A DNA stretch of 64,000 bases from Lachnospiraceae bacterium (GTDB lineage Bacteria > Bacillota > Clostridia > Lachnospirales > Lachnospiraceae): positions 4,804 to 68,803 of the forward strand of contig JAEEZH010000155.1 in NCBI GenBank assembly GCA_016288495.1. The letters are read 5' to 3'. The notes under the pieces are model-generated. The model was not told where the DNA came from. It saw nothing but the letters and a program-made list of their open reading frames with translations, and ran no database searches. The translations under genes were made by a program, and so were the position numbers. Of this stretch, positions 63,519 through 64,000 are shown one piece after another; the first letter of the stretch is position 1; every line of letters begins with the position of its first letter.

Positions 63519-64000
63519 ATGAGCAAAGAATTGCAAAATTCATCTGGATGTGATGTTCCGGAGATTGCCTTTGTCGCCTGTTCAGGCAGCGCGGCTGGAA
63601 AGGCCCGCTTTGCCGGAAGCTGCAGGACCTGTGCTGAGGCGGTTGAGCATGGCTTTTTGCGCGGCGAGTGTAAGAGTGGCTGCGTAGGCGTCGGATCCTG
63701 TATCGAAGTCTGTAAACAGGGGGCTATGAAGATCGAGGATGGCAGGATCGTGGTGGATCCCGAAAAGTGTAACGGCTGTGGTGACTGCGCTGCGGAGGGC
63801 ATATGTCCTCAGGGCCTTATCAGGATGATCCCGGCTGACGCCACCAACTTTATACCCTGTTCATCCACTGAGGATGAGGAAGAGGTGGTGAGGGCCACCT
63901 GCGGATACGGCTGTATAGCCTGCGGTGAGTGTGAGCGTGTATGCCCTCAGGGCGCGGTATCCATAGTGGATAATCATGCGGTCATCGATTATGACAGATG
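63519..64000 (+). CDS. 4Fe-4S cluster protein (RnfB-like/ferredoxin-domain), 3'-partial at the window edge
   Basis: An AAAGGAG RBS precedes the ATG at 63519. The frame is open to the window end and has several Cys clusters (CNGCGDCAAEGICP, CIACGECERVCP). It is not in the ORF track because it has no stop. Confidence 0.75.
   Translation, partial: MSKELQNSSGCDVPEIAFVACSGSAAGKARFAGSCRTCAEAVEHGFLRGECKSGCVGVGSCIEVCKQGAMKIEDGRIVVDPEKCNGCGDCAAEGICPQGLIRMIPADATNFIPCSSTEDEEEVVRATCGYGCIACGECERVCPQGAVSIVDNHAVIDYDR

Overview
This 64-kb chromosomal window looks like a Clostridia-type Firmicute. That is an inference from GGAGG-type ribosome-binding sites, Listeria-Bacteroides-repeat surface proteins, the flagellin type and the gene content. 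I support about 50 protein-coding genes and no rRNA or tRNA. I recognise no cas, integrase, transposase or other recombinase gene.

The window has two parts.

(1) 1-45.6 kb is ordinary-looking chromosome. It holds:
- a giant surface protein;
- a response regulator / binding-protein-like lipoprotein / Cache hybrid histidine kinase / Hpt / REC-GGDEF phosphorelay;
- six GGDEF and/or EAL genes across the whole window;
- nhaC, an S41 protease, and a vWA lipoprotein followed by an ECF-like sigma factor and its membrane partner;
- a 1641-aa giant flagellin with a sigma-28-type promoter;
- an orphan double-glycine-leader peptide;
- mnmA, wecB, an MscS-family channel, a glycosyltransferase-like/condensation-like fusion protein with a GNAT gene, and a copA-(copZ-like)-csoR locus.

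This part is peppered with a palindromic REP/MITE-like element (GTCATYCTGAG...GAAGRATCTTGA ... AAGATCCTTCGG...CCTCAGGATGAC) at ten intergenic loci. Most copies sit just upstream of + strand start codons.

(2) 45.7-62.4 kb holds the most unusual structure. Eleven same-orientation copies of a 36-nt hairpin-forming repeat (CTTGAACGACCCGCTAAAAATGGTGTATTGTTCAAC) are separated by segments of 84 bp to 4.4 kb. These segments carry whole genes, small ORFs, and gene fragments cut flush at the repeat edges. The repeat copies become more degenerate towards the left end, and some of their substitutions are compensatory and preserve the hairpin. The array is CRISPR-like in its repeat and integron-like in its cassettes, but neither machinery is present in the window.

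The window ends in a partial 4Fe-4S protein gene.
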